Sequence record: PZ019085.1
DNA from: a phage
Strand: one strand, 5' to 3'
DNA: 64,000 nucleotides
Shown here: positions 1 through 13,500 of the stretch, in pieces
Layout: each line of letters opens with the position of its first letter
Position numbering within the stretch: position 1 is the first letter of the stretch
Translations under genes and position numbers: made by a program
Notes under the pieces: model-generated
Databases searched by the model: none
Seen by the model: the letters and a program-made list of their open reading frames with translations, nothing else
Told to the model about the DNA's origin: nothing

Positions 1-504
<504 letters not shown>

Positions 505-1329
505 TTATTGTTTTCTAGGACCAGGAGGGGTTGGTGGAGTCGGGATTGGAATATCGTGAGTATAAGTTTGTTCAACTTCGCCATTCCAATCTTGTGCTTC
601 AACGTCTCTCGGTTTAATTTCTGTATCAACTGATTCAAAAACATTGGCGGCTGTTTGAAGGTCTCGTTCATTAGCATGAAAATCAAGATAAGTCGTTTTA
701 ATAAGACCTTCTGCTGCGCCTACCGGAGGATACATCCATCCATTTACTTCAAATGTTAATGACCACTCTAAACGTCGACGAGATAAATTATCACCGTCTA
801 TTTGTTCATCCATTGCTGCTGCCATCCATACGACTTTAATATCCCTTTCAAATGGAATATCCTGCCCGTATTGCTCAATCATAGTCGTATTAAAATGCGG
901 CTGAAAATATGGAATAATTTGCTCAACGATTTGGAACATATCATCTTCATAACGAGTAAAGATGCTCAGTTCAAAAATCATTTTAATTGGTGATGGGTTG
1001 TATTGGTCTACAATATCCTTAGTCGATTTACTCAAAAGAGAGTTATTCAATATATTCGTTTTAAACGTTGGGTTATAAACGAAATCTACCATTTGGAGAT
1101 TTATACGTGGTAGAATAGTTTCGACTTTAGCCACATCTTCTTGTGAGTTTATAGAGGTCCATTTATTAAGTTTCATCATAAAGTGCTCTTTAGATGCATA
1201 CGTAATAGGAACTCTAATTAATTTATTGCCTGTAGACAATTGACGGTTAACTTGGATATTTGAAAACAAATCGCCCATCATTGTGATATATCGCCTGAAC
1301 GACGAGTTGTAAAAATAGCCAAACATCAT
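505..1329 (-). CDS. 15: tail sheath stabiliser / tail completion protein (T4 gp15-like)
   Basis: 274-aa ORF MMFGYFYNSSFRRYI...; sequence recall and synteny between 16 and 14. Confidence 0.85.
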   Translation of the reverse strand: MMFGYFYNSSFRRYITMMGDLFSNIQVNRQLSTGNKLIRVPITYASKEHFMMKLNKWTSINSQEDVAKVETILPRINLQMVDFVYNPTFKTNILNNSLLSKSTKDIVDQYNPSPIKMIFELSIFTRYEDDMFQIVEQIIPYFQPHFNTTMIEQYGQDIPFERDIKVVWMAAAMDEQIDGDNLSRRRLEWSLTFEVNGWMYPPVGAAEGLIKTTYLDFHANERDLQTAANVFESVDTEIKPRDVEAQDWNGEVEQTYTHDIPIPTPPTPPGPRKQ

Positions 1330-1337
1330 TTCTCCTA

Positions 1338-1355
1338 ACCGGCCTTTCGACCGGT
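1338..1355 (-). promoter_or_regulatory. GNRA-tetraloop stem-loop in the 14-15 intergenic gap
   Basis: minus-strand ACCGGTC-GAAA-GGCCGGT directly upstream of the gene 15 SD; no U-run, so more likely an RNA stability/processing element than a terminator. Confidence 0.35.
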
Positions 1356-1378
1356 GTTTGCTTTATCTTATCTATTTA

Positions 1379-2143
1379 TTAATTCATAAACCCATCGTCA
1401 AATGGTGAATTTTGTCTACCACGGTTGTTAACTACTACATACGGCTCAACGTATTCACTTGCCTCTGAATTGATTTGCTCAACTTCAGAATATTCATCGA
1501 TATTAATGTCATGGATACCGTCAAGATTTCTAACAGGGTTAAGTTCCAAGTCACTAAATTCAGGTATATTGATACCTTCATTTTTCTGAAGCACCGGATT
1601 GATTTCTTCGCCAGAGTAAATAAACTTGCCTGCAGTAATTTTACGAATCGCATTTTTACCTACTTGATAGAATGGGTCATATGGTTCAACCCAGTTAATC
1701 TCAAACAAACTGTTGTCCATTGGGAAGTATATTAAATCACCTTCCTTAGGCTCCTGATTGTTGACCTGGTGTTTGAAAAGACCCGGGTTAATAGATAATG
1801 TAACTTCGTCTTGAACTTGCATTCCGAAGTTGCTGAAGAACGATTTCGCTCCTTCATAACCTTCAAAAGAGTTCAGATATGCAGCAAATTTCCATGCTTT
1901 AGTAAATTTATTTTTAAGGTCCTCACCAAAGATAAGGTCCACGGCAACATATTCACGTGGAACATAAAAACATTCAATACCGCGCATCTGTATGCTTTCT
2001 GCCACTAGAACATCGGCTAATGTCTGGCTATTCTCATAGTTATTAAAATTGACAAATGGATTGAGGATTTCGGTCTCATTTGTCTGAGAATACCCACCAC
2101 GATTTTCTAGTTTGGCGAAAAGATTTTTATCGTAAGTTGCCAT
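1379..2143 (-). CDS. 14: neck protein (T4 gp14-like)
   Basis: 254-aa [23 protein letters not shown]...; T4 gp14-like by recall and synteny. Confidence 0.85.
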   Translation of the reverse strand: MATYDKNLFAKLENRGGYSQTNETEILNPFVNFNNYENSQTLADVLVAESIQMRGIECFYVPREYVAVDLIFGEDLKNKFTKAWKFAAYLNSFEGYEGAKSFFSNFGMQVQDEVTLSINPGLFKHQVNNQEPKEGDLIYFPMDNSLFEINWVEPYDPFYQVGKNAIRKITAGKFIYSGEEINPVLQKNEGINIPEFSDLELNPVRNLDGIHDINIDEYSEVEQINSEASEYVEPYVVVNNRGRQNSPFDDGFMN

Positions 2144-2144
2144 A

Positions 2145-3071
2145 TTAACCTACCAAAATACCTGCAGGAGGGTCCAGTAAATATAACTCTTCTCGTAAAG
2201 CTTCTTTCTCTAAACGAGCTTCTTCAATTAATCGAACACCATCAACAGTGACGCCACCGGGTAACATCATACCTTGATGTTTAGCAAGAATTTGTCCATT
2301 AAGCTCTTTAGCTAATGCAGTTGCATAATCTTTAACCCAGCGGTTGTTATATGCGCCTTGTTTAGTTGCAGGATCTTCGCCAACTCGACGTCCGACCAAA
2401 TTATGGTCTGGATTATCATAACGTTCAGAAATAGACCATGAATCACGAGGACCTACTTGACCGTACCCTACTGTATTTCCTACCATCTTATGGGTCTCGA
2501 TATAAGAGCGAACATACGATTCAACGATAATGACATCTTTCTGTCTAAAGTTACCAATTACTTTTAATTGCTCGTTTGCAGAGTTAAACCAAAAATCTGG
2601 AAGAGGAGCAATCATATCTTGAAGCATACCCATATAAGATACTAATTGAGAATAATACCCGAGATCAGCGCCAAAAGCGTTCGGCCCGTAGAATTTACCG
2701 CAATTACTACCCATACCACCTGAAACACCGGCCATTCCTAAAAGGAAATCAGTGAACCATGGATAAGTTGCATTACCATCCATTGAAGTAATAGAGCCAA
2801 CGTTTGTTCTTATAATTCTTGTTACAGCAAATACGTTAGAACCACGCATATCAAATACGCCGTGACGGTATTTTTCTTCGTCATCAACAAAAAATACATG
2901 GAAACCTTTATTCAACCCGTCAAAATGGTATTCGCCATAAAGTTCTAACGCCCGTGAAATACAATCATAAATTTGATCTGTAGTTAATTCAACATTTACA
3001 ATAGGAGCGCCTAAACGACGTAATATTACGTCCTTTAATTCTTTAGGGTTTTGTGCATTATAACCTGACAT
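2145..3071 (-). CDS. 13: neck protein (T4 gp13-like)
   Basis: 308-aa ORF; size and position of T4 gp13; start ATG at 3069-3071. Confidence 0.85.
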   Translation of the reverse strand: MSGYNAQNPKELKDVILRRLGAPIVNVELTTDQIYDCISRALELYGEYHFDGLNKGFHVFFVDDEEKYRHGVFDMRGSNVFAVTRIIRTNVGSITSMDGNATYPWFTDFLLGMAGVSGGMGSNCGKFYGPNAFGADLGYYSQLVSYMGMLQDMIAPLPDFWFNSANEQLKVIGNFRQKDVIIVESYVRSYIETHKMVGNTVGYGQVGPRDSWSISERYDNPDHNLVGRRVGEDPATKQGAYNNRWVKDYATALAKELNGQILAKHQGMMLPGGVTVDGVRLIEEARLEKEALREELYLLDPPAGILVG

Positions 3072-3083
3072 ATAAATCCTTTA

Positions 3084-3097
3084 GGGCCCGAAGGCCC
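3084..3097 (-). promoter_or_regulatory. UUCG-tetraloop stem-loop between wac and 13
   Basis: minus-strand GGGCC-UUCG-GGCCC in the 32-nt wac-13 gap, followed by SD AAAGGA and the gene 13 ATG; no U-run. Confidence 0.35.
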
Positions 3098-3103
3098 TTT
3101 TCA

Positions 3104-4552
3104 TTAAGCTGTAGGAAGTTCAACCCATGCACCATCTTTGCGAACATAGAATTTACCATCTGAAGGAGCATCTTCAATATATCCAGCGTCCTTAAGAGTT
3201 TGGATTTCAGCTTCTGCAGCGGCCAAATCAGTTTCAAGAGTAGCAATTCTAGAAGTTAAACTATTAATTGTCGTATCATGACTTTTAACTGTAGGCAATA
3301 TACCACGTTCTTCAACAGTCGAACCGTTTGGGTTAGTGCCATTTATAAGAGTATTTAATGTGTTTACAGAACCCTTAATTCCTGTGGTATTAGTCCCAAC
3401 ATCAGTTTGAATGTTCTGAATGTCATTACTCATCCCACTGATAGTTCCTTCAAGCTCTCGAGTACGATAAAGCAAAGAGCCGTCTGGTTCCGGTTTCCCA
3501 CCTGAAGCGTCAACACCGACTACGTTATTTAACCATGACACATTAAAACGCAATCCTGACGAAGAATCAGAGCCGACAACAGTGTTCAATGCTCCGATAG
3601 CATCAGTATTGAGTTTAATACGTCCTTGGATTGTAGTAGGCAAATCATCAGCGCCAATGGCAGTTTCTACCGTAGTCAAACGAGGTTTAATACCACCTGA
3701 TTGATTGAGCTCAAGATTAATGTCGTTTATTGCTGAACTATTCGCATTAGTTTTAGTAATAATAGAAGTCGTATTAGGATACCCAATAGACTGTTTAATG
3801 CCATCCAAGTCAGCATTTTGACGCGACAAAGTTAAATCAATACCGGAAAGACGACTAAACACTGGAGTAGTGAAAGAAGTGCGAGGTCCCATTTCTTCGC
3901 GCAAGTGTTCGATTTCAATAGTTAAAGAGCCGACGTCAGAATCGGCAAATTTAGTTTCTAAATCAGTTAATCGAACACCATGGTCAACAATTACGGAGCT
4001 ATTGGTCATAATACGGCGTTTCATACCAGTGCTTTCATTTCCTGGAGTAGGAACCCCATTAATATCTTGACCGGTATATTGTCCTAATTCATTTTTAATC
4101 CAAAGCAGGTCGTTACGAACCGTTCTATAAACTGAATCTGTTTCCTGATTATAAACACCAATATCATCAGTATTCGCATCAATATGTTCATTCAAATCAT
4201 TCAATTCACTAGCATGGGTTTGAACTGTGACTTTAATGACATCGATATCTTGGGTGTTCCGGCCTATCTGTGCAAGAGCATCAACATCCCCAGAAACATC
4301 TAAAATACCTTGAATAGCTTTGATATCTTCATTGGCCGTATTCAAAGAAGATGCTATAGTTTTAATATTAGCATCTAACGCTTCTACGTTACGTTGAACT
4401 TCAACAATAGGACGGTTCATTACACCTTCAGAACCGTATTTTGTGTCAGCACCTGTTATTTCTTCATCGTTTTTAATCCATTCAATACGACTCTGACCCG
4501 CGTCTGGCGGGCCGTCAACATATGGTAAATCTACCAGAGTTATATCAGTCAT
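3104..4552 (-). CDS. wac: fibritin (whisker/neck fibre)
   Basis: 482-aa ORF; N-terminus [25 protein letters not shown] and C-terminal foldon GYIEDAPSDGKFYVRKDGAWVEL match T4 fibritin. Confidence 0.9.
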   Translation of the reverse strand: MTDITLVDLPYVDGPPDAGQSRIEWIKNDEEITGADTKYGSEGVMNRPIVEVQRNVEALDANIKTIASSLNTANEDIKAIQGILDVSGDVDALAQIGRNTQDIDVIKVTVQTHASELNDLNEHIDANTDDIGVYNQETDSVYRTVRNDLLWIKNELGQYTGQDINGVPTPGNESTGMKRRIMTNSSVIVDHGVRLTDLETKFADSDVGSLTIEIEHLREEMGPRTSFTTPVFSRLSGIDLTLSRQNADLDGIKQSIGYPNTTSIITKTNANSSAINDINLELNQSGGIKPRLTTVETAIGADDLPTTIQGRIKLNTDAIGALNTVVGSDSSSGLRFNVSWLNNVVGVDASGGKPEPDGSLLYRTRELEGTISGMSNDIQNIQTDVGTNTTGIKGSVNTLNTLINGTNPNGSTVEERGILPTVKSHDTTINSLTSRIATLETDLAAAEAEIQTLKDAGYIEDAPSDGKFYVRKDGAWVELPTA

Positions 4553-6135
4553 TATTTTACCTTAATGATATAGTTTAAAGAAATATTCCATGGGCGAGTT
4601 TCATTTCCAATTAATTCTGGACGATTCAGGGTATATTTAGAGTTACGCTGAGACGCTGGATCAATTTCATATCCATCGTTAGTAAAATACGAACGGTTAT
4701 CCCAGTCAAGTCCTTTACGAGTACCAACAAAGTTTGAACGACGAGTATTACCGAATGCTCCTGCATCGTCATGTTCACCAAAACCGCCAGCATGCTTATG
4801 ATATGACATTTGTTGTTTTTGCACTTCACCAACATATCCACCGGTACAACCGACCGCCAGACGAGGCTTACCGAATTGGTCATTACCATTAACATTAGGG
4901 TTAGTTAAATGGTTACCACGACCCGAGCCGCGAACAAATAATCCACGCATATCAGGCAAGCCTGGGTTAGAAGAGCTACCACCATATCGTGTCCCAATTC
5001 TGGAAGCATATACTGGGCATTCTGAAGCAGAAACGGTCCCACCGTGACAGAAGCGCCAGTCGGAACTCGGTAAACTATCCGCAGCCCACATTGTAATAGC
5101 GCCAACTGGAAGAATTCGGTCTAATTCATTTTGAGTCACAATACGATTGCCTTGAATATAACCACCGGACATATTGACATTACCAGTTATATTAGCGCCA
5201 CCAGAACCGACCGTCAACGTATTATTAATGCGAAGCGTGCCATTAATAGTTTGTCCGCCTCGTTGGTGGATAACATCGGCATTCCAAGCAAGGGCAGAAG
5301 AACCATCGCCACCTGATTGGCTACCCGCTTGTGTAGTTAAACGAACAACTCCACGTAAAGAAGTTGTAGCGCCACGCCCGTTTAATGTTGCACCGGTCAC
5401 TACAACTGAAGAGTTGTTACTATTTACTTCAGTCTGTGTCCCTAGTTTAACGACACCTTTATTAGTTTCTGATGCTACTGAATTCATAAAGGTATAAGGT
5501 GAAATTGCATAGCCTTCACGCAGGGTGCCTTGTTGTGCTTGAGCAACTGTAGCCAAACGAACAACACCTGTAATAGATTCGGTGGCGTCACTATTATTTG
5601 GAGCAATTTGCGAAATAAGTTTAATTGCTAATTGTTGCGTTTTTAACGGGGTCATTGCCGTTGTATCGTCAGAACCAGCTAATGCCGCGGCAGAAGTTGA
5701 AATTTTAATTACACCATTTGTTGCTTCTGTTGACACTTTTGTCTGAAATACATTGTCTATTTTTTGATTCAATTTAAGCGGAGTAATTGATGCATCGTCA
5801 ATAGCTCCGGTTACTGCTTCATCTTCAGTAGCATAACGAGTTAAGCCGTATTTGGTTTCGGTTGCATTAGGATATTGTAGACGAGCATTCAGTGATGCCG
5901 GAGTAACAGCTTTACTATTATCTAATCCATCAATAACTTCTTGTGGAGTAGCTATTTGAATAATTCCTGGTGTAGTAGTTGTTGCTTCCGGGACACCGTT
6001 AACACCTGAAGGAGAAATAGCAGCTAATGCGGCTTGGACATTAGTGATTGTATCTGGAAAATTCGACCCCGTAGGGTCGAATTCAACGTAAATTGATTCG
6101 TTTGAAACGTGTTGGTATGTATTGTTATTACTCAT
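4552..6135 (-). CDS. 12: short tail fibre (T4 gp12-like)
   Basis: 527-aa ORF; near-collinear with T4 gp12 incl. ...[24 protein letters not shown]... and C-terminal [24 protein letters not shown]. Confidence 0.9.
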   Translation of the reverse strand: MSNNNTYQHVSNESIYVEFDPTGSNFPDTITNVQAALAAISPSGVNGVPEATTTTPGIIQIATPQEVIDGLDNSKAVTPASLNARLQYPNATETKYGLTRYATEDEAVTGAIDDASITPLKLNQKIDNVFQTKVSTEATNGVIKISTSAAALAGSDDTTAMTPLKTQQLAIKLISQIAPNNSDATESITGVVRLATVAQAQQGTLREGYAISPYTFMNSVASETNKGVVKLGTQTEVNSNNSSVVVTGATLNGRGATTSLRGVVRLTTQAGSQSGGDGSSALAWNADVIHQRGGQTINGTLRINNTLTVGSGGANITGNVNMSGGYIQGNRIVTQNELDRILPVGAITMWAADSLPSSDWRFCHGGTVSASECPVYASRIGTRYGGSSSNPGLPDMRGLFVRGSGRGNHLTNPNVNGNDQFGKPRLAVGCTGGYVGEVQKQQMSYHKHAGGFGEHDDAGAFGNTRRSNFVGTRKGLDWDNRSYFTNDGYEIDPASQRNSKYTLNRPELIGNETRPWNISLNYIIKVK

Positions 6136-6791
6136 GAGGCTCTCACAAAGTGGTAGAAAACGGTAGGAGTATCATGGTTATCAAGAGTAACCGTTTGGGC
6201 ACCCAATAAATTCCATGTTCCGTATCCGGATTTTGCTTCAGACAAAATTTCTTGCGAAATTGTTACACCAAACGAAGCATATGTTGGCAACACATGACGT
6301 TGGTTATCTAAATATGTCACCTGAAGTTTATTACCTTCGGTCGGATGGTCTTTATAAGAAGAAATAGCGATTTGATTAGCAATGGCTTCTTGTAAAGCTA
6401 TACGAACTTGTGCCGTTAATTCGTTATCAGTCATACCGATTGTTGCTTTAACAGCAAGTCCAAATACGTTAATAACGACCGGCGTTCCAGTGGTCAAAGT
6501 ATCGTCGAGAACATCACCAGAAAAAGTCCAATAATCAACTTGTGCTGCACCTTCAGGCGATACGCCTGAAGTGTTTGTGACAACAGTACCAATATCAGCT
6601 CGTGCCATATTATGGACATCATTTATTGCAGATTCTACGTTAGCATCATAAAAACCGCGAGCTAACTGAGAAATAGTCACGGAACCTACAGCTTGGTTGT
6701 TTAAAACATCAATTTGAGCTGGATTTTTTCTGTAATTCAAAAAATCAGCATGACGGGAAATAACTCCCGCCTTTGTATTAAGTACAGTCAT
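6132..6791 (-). CDS. 11: baseplate wedge protein (T4 gp11-like)
   Basis: start set at ATG overlapping the gene 10 stop (TAATG), giving 219 aa as in T4 gp11; an in-frame upstream ATG at 6809 is also possible. Confidence 0.85.
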   Translation of the reverse strand: MTVLNTKAGVISRHADFLNYRKNPAQIDVLNNQAVGSVTISQLARGFYDANVESAINDVHNMARADIGTVVTNTSGVSPEGAAQVDYWTFSGDVLDDTLTTGTPVVINVFGLAVKATIGMTDNELTAQVRIALQEAIANQIAISSYKDHPTEGNKLQVTYLDNQRHVLPTYASFGVTISQEILSEAKSGYGTWNLLGAQTVTLDNHDTPTVFYHFVRAS

Positions 6792-8596
6792 TATGCAATC
6801 CTTACCCAACGGTATACAGTTATAGATGGCTGAATATTAGTTATAGAACGCGCTGGAACATGAGATCCATTAGTCTTTGCATGGTCTTCACGATATTTAG
6901 TGTAAATAGGTCCTTCTTCATCTGGGTCATATTGACAACCGCCTATAATTACTGTACCATTATCATCAGAAATAAGAACCTTTTCATCGGTTTGTGTAGC
7001 TGGTAAATCAGCATTTTCTAATGTGATGGTTGTTACACCAACGGTCCCACCTGCGGTATGAGTAGGGTTACCATTGATGTCAAGGTCATTATTATTTAAT
7101 GCAAAATTAGGATCTGACGCGTCATCATTCCAACCTGCTAATACTTTGCCTTGACCCCAAATTTTCCACGAACCAAAACCTAAATAAGTTGCCGGATTAT
7201 TAGGGTTAACCGCATTTTCGTAAATAGTCCCGACAGGATAAATTGTGTCAAATATTGCTGAGATAGTCGAGAATTCACGTTCATATGTAGGAACAGGTTC
7301 TACATTAGGCCAGCCAATTTTATCAAAATCGGTTAATGCAACATCGCCAGTAATTTCAATGTTAGACCCTTGAGAAACATATTTCTCGTCAGTGGCATCA
7401 AGGATTTCTTCCATTTCAAGAAGAGTTCCTAAATCGTTATTAAACCATGTGATGGTAATAATGTCTTGGTCTTCAAATTGACGGTCAAACAGAATTGCGC
7501 TAGGGATATTATCGGTATACTCAATCGCATAATCTGTATACGATTGAGTCCATGTCCCGCCGAGATTAGCGCATGACTCTTCAGAATCAGCATCTACACC
7601 TTCACAACGGAAAATAGGAGTTCCAACAGTACCAGCTAATTCTTGGAGAATACCGTTGAAGCGAACTTCTAATGAATTAGGGTTAGGTGGTTCTGTAGGA
7701 TTAATACCAAATGCTGTAAATGGAATAGACCGGAACGTACTCAAATCAGTGACGTAAATACTTCCATCAATAGACTTTTTAGCAGTCAATTTACTATCTA
7801 AAATGCGAACTTGGCGACGAGTATATGAACTACGCCACTGAGAAACACCATCTAGGAACGTCTCAATTTGTACGGTGTCGCCAACATTACATGGTTGGCG
7901 TAATCTAATATTAAATCCATCAAGTGCAACCAGTTCACCAGGATTAGCGCCTGGAGAACCAAAATCACTATTATCACTGAATACATCACCATAATACAAT
8001 TCGTTGCCACGATGTTTTACGCGAATGTTGTTAACGTTATAAGAGGTCCCGTTAAAAACATCCATGAAATCGGTCTGACCTTGGGTTTCAACCAGATATT
8101 CTCTACGAGCAACATTACTAATGTCAGAGCTAACTATTTTATCAATTTGTTTGTTCTTGATGTATTCCCAACGTCCAGGAGCACAATAAACTAATTCTAA
8201 ATCAGAGAACTGAACGTTAATTTCTACTGGAGATGAAGAACCTTTAATCGTGTCCCCGTTTGCCGGAATTAAAGTAACAGGGTTAATGTTCCAAGTTGCA
8301 AATACGTCACGAGCACGAATAACTTTATTATAGTCTGCAATCGTCCCTTTAGGAAGATTTACTGAAACTCGTCCAGAAGTAGTATTAATTGCATAAGATT
8401 TACCCCAAGCGGCCTTAAGATTAAGACCATCAGCCGCATCATAAGTCTTCCATGCGCCAGCGGCATAAGGAACTTCACCATCACCTAATTCATAATAGAG
8501 TTCGTCAAAGTTCTCGTTTATTTTTTCACCACCTCGACGAAGGTAATCGCCTTGTCCGTCATCAACGACGTTACCAATTTTAATATTTTGTTTCAT
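6791..8596 (-). CDS. 10: baseplate wedge / short tail fibre attachment protein (T4 gp10-like)
   Basis: 601-aa ORF; size and synteny of T4 gp10. Confidence 0.85.
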   Translation of the reverse strand: MKQNIKIGNVVDDGQGDYLRRGGEKINENFDELYYELGDGEVPYAAGAWKTYDAADGLNLKAAWGKSYAINTTSGRVSVNLPKGTIADYNKVIRARDVFATWNINPVTLIPANGDTIKGSSSPVEINVQFSDLELVYCAPGRWEYIKNKQIDKIVSSDISNVARREYLVETQGQTDFMDVFNGTSYNVNNIRVKHRGNELYYGDVFSDNSDFGSPGANPGELVALDGFNIRLRQPCNVGDTVQIETFLDGVSQWRSSYTRRQVRILDSKLTAKKSIDGSIYVTDLSTFRSIPFTAFGINPTEPPNPNSLEVRFNGILQELAGTVGTPIFRCEGVDADSEESCANLGGTWTQSYTDYAIEYTDNIPSAILFDRQFEDQDIITITWFNNDLGTLLEMEEILDATDEKYVSQGSNIEITGDVALTDFDKIGWPNVEPVPTYEREFSTISAIFDTIYPVGTIYENAVNPNNPATYLGFGSWKIWGQGKVLAGWNDDASDPNFALNNNDLDINGNPTHTAGGTVGVTTITLENADLPATQTDEKVLISDDNGTVIIGGCQYDPDEEGPIYTKYREDHAKTNGSHVPARSITNIQPSITVYRWVRIA

Positions 8597-9468
8597 TATT
8601 GAGCGACCCCAATTTTCTGAGTTGAGATAATTTTAACTGCTGAACGTAATCCAATAATATCGGATGTAATCGTCATAGTAGCAAAGTTGTTAATAATACT
8701 AAAGCTAATATTAGCAATCTCGTCGGTTTCATCTACATTACCAACTCGCATTACTGCAAATTCGGTAGAAAGAACTTCTGAGTTAATTGTATCTATTAGA
8801 ATATTTATTTCACATGTTTTTATTTTTCTACCGTCAGCGGATTGGCATGTAACAAGCAATTTAGCCATGTTATAATCTGTGCGATAAAAGAGAGGAATAG
8901 AAACTGTGTTTCCTGTAAGACTCCAAGTCCCATCGACAGGAGATTCTTTCTGCCCAAACATGCTATCAGTAGAATAATTCCATACCGAAGTTGGCCCATT
9001 AATTTCAACACAACGAAGAACAACATGGGTATAAGGGGTGGAAATAACAAGATTATTAAGAACACCTTTAATCGAACCATCAGTTACTTGGATACTTAAA
9101 GGATTGTTAACAGAAATAGACCCATTAGAGTTTATGAATTCTACAGAGTCACCTAATTCAGGACGGTCAATAATAACAATCACACCGCCATCAGAAGCAT
9201 CAATATCATGCATCGTGCCGGGTTTAATAGGAGTTTGATAATCGACCGCCTTTCCTTTTTGATAATAGCCTGTGGCATGAATAGTTTGACCTGTGGGCCC
9301 GGTTCCATCTGCTACAGCCATTTTACGTTGATCGCCAAATGCATTGTAAATAGCGTTGATATCGTCATTTATTTTATTACCACCGTCGAATAAGATATCA
9401 CCTGTTGAGGCATTACCAATTTCGCCGGTATCGATTAATTGTTTAGGAGTTTGCTTAAAAAATGCCAT
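8596..9468 (-). CDS. 9: baseplate wedge / long tail fibre connector (T4 gp9-like)
   Basis: 290-aa ORF MAFFKQTPKQLIDTGEIGNAS...; synteny; start ATG at 9466-9468. Confidence 0.85.
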   Translation of the reverse strand: MAFFKQTPKQLIDTGEIGNASTGDILFDGGNKINDDINAIYNAFGDQRKMAVADGTGPTGQTIHATGYYQKGKAVDYQTPIKPGTMHDIDASDGGVIVIIDRPELGDSVEFINSNGSISVNNPLSIQVTDGSIKGVLNNLVISTPYTHVVLRCVEINGPTSVWNYSTDSMFGQKESPVDGTWSLTGNTVSIPLFYRTDYNMAKLLVTCQSADGRKIKTCEINILIDTINSEVLSTEFAVMRVGNVDETDEIANISFSIINNFATMTITSDIIGLRSAVKIISTQKIGVAQ

Positions 9469-9500
9469 AATTCTGCCTTTTGTTGTCCTATATTATATTC

Positions 9501-9508
9501 TATTTATA
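9501..9508 (-). promoter_or_regulatory. T4-type late promoter (TATAAATA) for gene 9
   Basis: minus-strand TATAAATA about 33 nt upstream of the gene 9 ATG; T4 late promoters are defined by this octamer. Confidence 0.6.
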
Positions 9509-9511
9509 GAT

Positions 9512-9537
9512 ACAAAAATGGGAGCCCGAAGGCTCCC
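9512..9537 (-). terminator. rho-independent terminator downstream of gene 8
   Basis: minus-strand GGGAGCC-UUCG-GGCUCCC hairpin followed by AUUUUUGU, immediately after the gene 8 stop. Confidence 0.6.
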
Positions 9538-9540
9538 TAA

Positions 9541-10545
9541 TTAAAACATAAACAAAATGTTAATTTCTTCTGTTTGGTCCATTGCCATAATAACAGGTGG
9601 TCGGTTTTCCATATAAATCATTTCACCAGAATGACGCTGCAGGTCTCTAGGGTCGTAATAATCCTTTTCTGCTTTAACATTAGGGTCATTTGGATTTTTC
9701 TTAGCTTCTAACGGGTTTGCGATAATTGATATCTGTCTAAAACCCTTGTTACCAGGCAAAGCTGCCTCAGGGAAATAAACAGAATCAAAATATGCTTTAA
9801 ACCGCATCGTATTGGCTTTAACACGGTAAATCAAGCCGTAGTCATCTTGTTGCCAAGTTAAGTTATTTTCATATCCCCAACGGGTGGGGTCTTCTTTAAT
9901 TTCTTCCGGCCATGGAACTACAAGATATTCATTAGTGCAACGGTTAATTGACACATCGGCAGGAATCTCATAAAGATATTCCCAAATATATCCATCACCG
10001 GTTTCGATAACCCCATTAGCATCGCCTCTGCCTTCAGGAGGAGACATAGAACGAACAGACGGAGTCCATTTACCACCTAATTTAAGACATTCATCTTTAT
10101 TATCTAAAGATTCTATTGAACAGAGCCCTACGTCAGGGACATCTAAACAACGGTAAATTAACCAACCAGCTCCAACTTCTGTCGCGTTGTAAGGAGCAGT
10201 ATTACATGCGACTATATCGTTAATTCTAAACGTGTAAGGGTCTGGATATCGCACATCTCCCCAATCACGTCTAGGAATAACAGAATCTAACATTGAAGGT
10301 AAAACTTTAACGGTGCCCATCATATGGGTCCACATATCAGTAACACCAAGAACAGAATCTGTAGGATAAGGTGGGGCGAAGCCCACCTCATTTTCATTTG
10401 ACGCCCAAGGCTCTGAACGTCCAAACGTAATATAAATGGAGTTCTTATCATCTCCATCCCCAACTGAATTATAAAAATTCAGCATTTTCTCTGTTCTAAA
10501 TTTTGATGTAACTATTGCACGATAGATAACACTTGAATCATTCAT
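9541..10545 (-). CDS. 8: baseplate wedge protein (T4 gp8-like)
   Basis: 334-aa ORF, same length as T4 gp8; synteny. Confidence 0.85.
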   Translation of the reverse strand: MNDSSVIYRAIVTSKFRTEKMLNFYNSVGDGDDKNSIYITFGRSEPWASNENEVGFAPPYPTDSVLGVTDMWTHMMGTVKVLPSMLDSVIPRRDWGDVRYPDPYTFRINDIVACNTAPYNATEVGAGWLIYRCLDVPDVGLCSIESLDNKDECLKLGGKWTPSVRSMSPPEGRGDANGVIETGDGYIWEYLYEIPADVSINRCTNEYLVVPWPEEIKEDPTRWGYENNLTWQQDDYGLIYRVKANTMRFKAYFDSVYFPEAALPGNKGFRQISIIANPLEAKKNPNDPNVKAEKDYYDPRDLQRHSGEMIYMENRPPVIMAMDQTEEINILFMF

Positions 10546-13500
10546 CTAATTTAACCTGTGGTGGATTCACGGGGTCTCTTGGATTTCCTACATTATCGAT
10601 TAACCGTTGTTCAACCAAATCTCTAAATCTAGAGAATGTTGTTCCGGACGCATCAAATAATGGGCTCATCAGTTTACGTCGTTCCGATGGAAGTTGACCT
10701 TGAAATATGGAGTTATTGTTTTCAGCGTTATAATCTTCAGGCAATGGATAATCTTGACCAGCCATAGGGCCTATTTCATATATCGCTTTACCTGTAATAG
10801 GGTCAAACTCAACATTTCCTTGTGGGTCTAATTTAGCCACTCGGTCTGCATATTTAGTCGGTAATCCAGAATCCCACTTATAGTTTTTGTATTTATTAAT
10901 AATGGTTTCAACATGTTTAAGTGTTAATCCGGTGTTAATAAACATTGTGAGAAGGGTAATTGCGATAAATCCAAATCCAACCGGATGAACAAAACGTAAT
11001 ACGTCTGATTTCCAACGAGACGATGGAAGTTTAGATTTAATCTTCATTACGTAGTATGCTCTACCACGATTTATGTAATCGATGTTGTTCTGAGAAAGCT
11101 CTTTACCTTTAATACCACGAACAATTTCACCTTCAAAACCAGGGAGTCTTTCAGCTTTAACTTCCTGTCCTTGGATTAAACGACCTAAGAGGTTGTGAAT
11201 TGTTACAGTCCATTGTAATTTACCTTTAGAGTAACTTCTCTCGATATACGTCACATTACAACGTCCTGTAGCGGTGTATATGGTTTGTCCGACCAAATCT
11301 TCTGTCAACGAATCAGATTCAATGATGATATCATATTCGGTCCCGGAACTAGATTCAATTTCAATTTCAACATCTTCGTTATAAAGCACTTTAAACAAGA
11401 ATTTATATGATGCTTCAGTTCCTTTAGTTGAATAGAAGTCATAACTTCTTGATTCAAAGAAACGAGACACTAAATCGCGTTTTTCGGCGTTTAAGTAAAT
11501 GTTTCGTTTATAAATCTCAGACCATAAATATTCCCACGCATGTTCTTCTCGCGGATATTTATTTTTAATAAGATTTAAAAGGTTGTTATAATGGGTCCCA
11601 TAGCCGTCAGAAAGATACTGAATATAAGCCTCACAGAATGCTTCGAAGTTTGTATTATCTAAAAGATAAGACTCCGGCATCATTGTAGTGAGCAATGGAC
11701 GTAAATCTGGGTCCGCGATACCATTCTCTTCCACAGGAGTCCATGTGGTATCTTTTTCTTGGTTTTGTAACGACGCTGTTAAGAATATATTAGTAGGCTT
11801 CCAAATTATAGAAACATTATCTCTAACACGGTAACTAAAATCATAATAAGAAATAATCTCACCTGATGCTTTATAGAAAATCATGCCAGATGCATATTTT
11901 TTAAATCCAGTGAAATCTACGTTAGGCATCACTATTGTACAGTCACCGTCCTTCCAATATTCGTGAACTTCACGGTCTGAAGAACTAAGTGGATGATTCT
12001 CAATAACCTTAGTGTAAAGTAAATCAGAATAAATTACAACGGCCTTGTCTGAGTTATTAATCCAGCAGCGAGTACCAGACTTTCTAGAATAACTAAAGAA
12101 TGGCTCAGCATAGTATTCCATCGGTTGAGGAGTGAACGATTCCCATTGAGAGTCTTCAGTTGAAATAAATGCCATCATATGATAATGTTTATCAGCCAAC
12201 CATTCGCGAGGATACTCATATTTAACAGCACCGATTAAACCGTACTTGACTTGTGTTTTTGGGTCATCAACAATATCCGATTCTAGAAATTTAAAATTAC
12301 TAGATGAAATAGATAACTCAACACCATCAGTAGACATACTGGTGTACCCAGGTTCAATACGACGGCGTTCTTCTTCAGTATTACCAAACACACGTTTAAA
12401 TGTGCCAGCATCATGGTCTAGAACGTAAATACCCTTATCAACAGAATCAACAATAGGAGTTGTCCTCGGGTCGTCATTAAGATTAACAACTTCACCAATA
12501 ATCAGTGCAAATATTTTACCACCGACAGAATCCATTTTATAGCAAACTGCCTTAGGGTTACCTGTGATGTTAAATGTTTCTTGTTCAAACAAACGTTCGG
12601 AATATGTCGGAGATAACGGGTCTGAATCAATAGGGGCATTACTAGTTTTAATAAAACGAACTTTATCTCGAGCAGCAACGTATACATAATCGTCATTGCA
12701 AACGATAGCTTCTGCAATACGTGATACGTTAGCAGGTAATGATGCATAGTTGCCAAATATTTCTACGTCAAATCCTAAATTTAACTGGTCGCCAATTTTA
12801 GCAAATGTTATATCTTGAGAACTAAATCTCACATCATCAGCAGACCAACGAACGTCTGTTGATTTACGGCCGTAAAATAATTTATCATACCCAAGAACAT
12901 ACGTGGTGTAATCTGTCTGGTAATACACTGTTCTTGATATAGGGTACCCTACACGGTCATTAAACAATTTAACCGATTTCCAGGTTTGTCCCTTATCATT
13001 AGAGACTTTAACAACAGGCTGATACCGTTCAAACAAATAAAGAATTCCTTCGGATTCCATCAAATAAACACGGTTTATATCATGACACACCTGTTGAATC
13101 GAACCTTGAATTTCATGATACTCATTTTCGCCAATAATGAAATTTTTAATAGATGAAATATCCGCATAAGCAGGGCTAAATTGGAACGATTCATTCATTA
13201 GAGCTGCCATTATAGTGTCGTTATTAAAATCGACATAAGCCATGTTGTTATTTGTAAATTTTTCTCTAATAAAAGTGTTAGCCAATTGCATTTCAATCAT
13301 ATGTTGAAATGTATACGCGTTAGTCTGAAACGATTCAAATATTTCAGTATATACCCAATCAGACCTCTCGAAGCCTTCAGCGGCAGTTGATACACGAATA
13401 ATATAAGAAGTTAATGGGTCTAAGCTATTTTCGAACCAGTTGCTATTAGGAGTATATCCTAAATTTATCCATCTGTAGCTGGCAGGGGGAATTATTTCCC

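Noticed and set aside
3071-3078. Plus-strand TATAAATC near the gene 13 start as a late promoter
   Set aside because: Wrong strand for the flanking genes and one mismatch to TATAAATA; would only drive antisense transcription into wac.
5174-9393. Plus-strand ORFs inside the minus-strand structural genes (for example 5174-5497, 8842-9099, 9208-9393)
   Set aside because: Embedded in conserved T4 structural genes on the opposite strand; no start signals; treated as frame artefacts.
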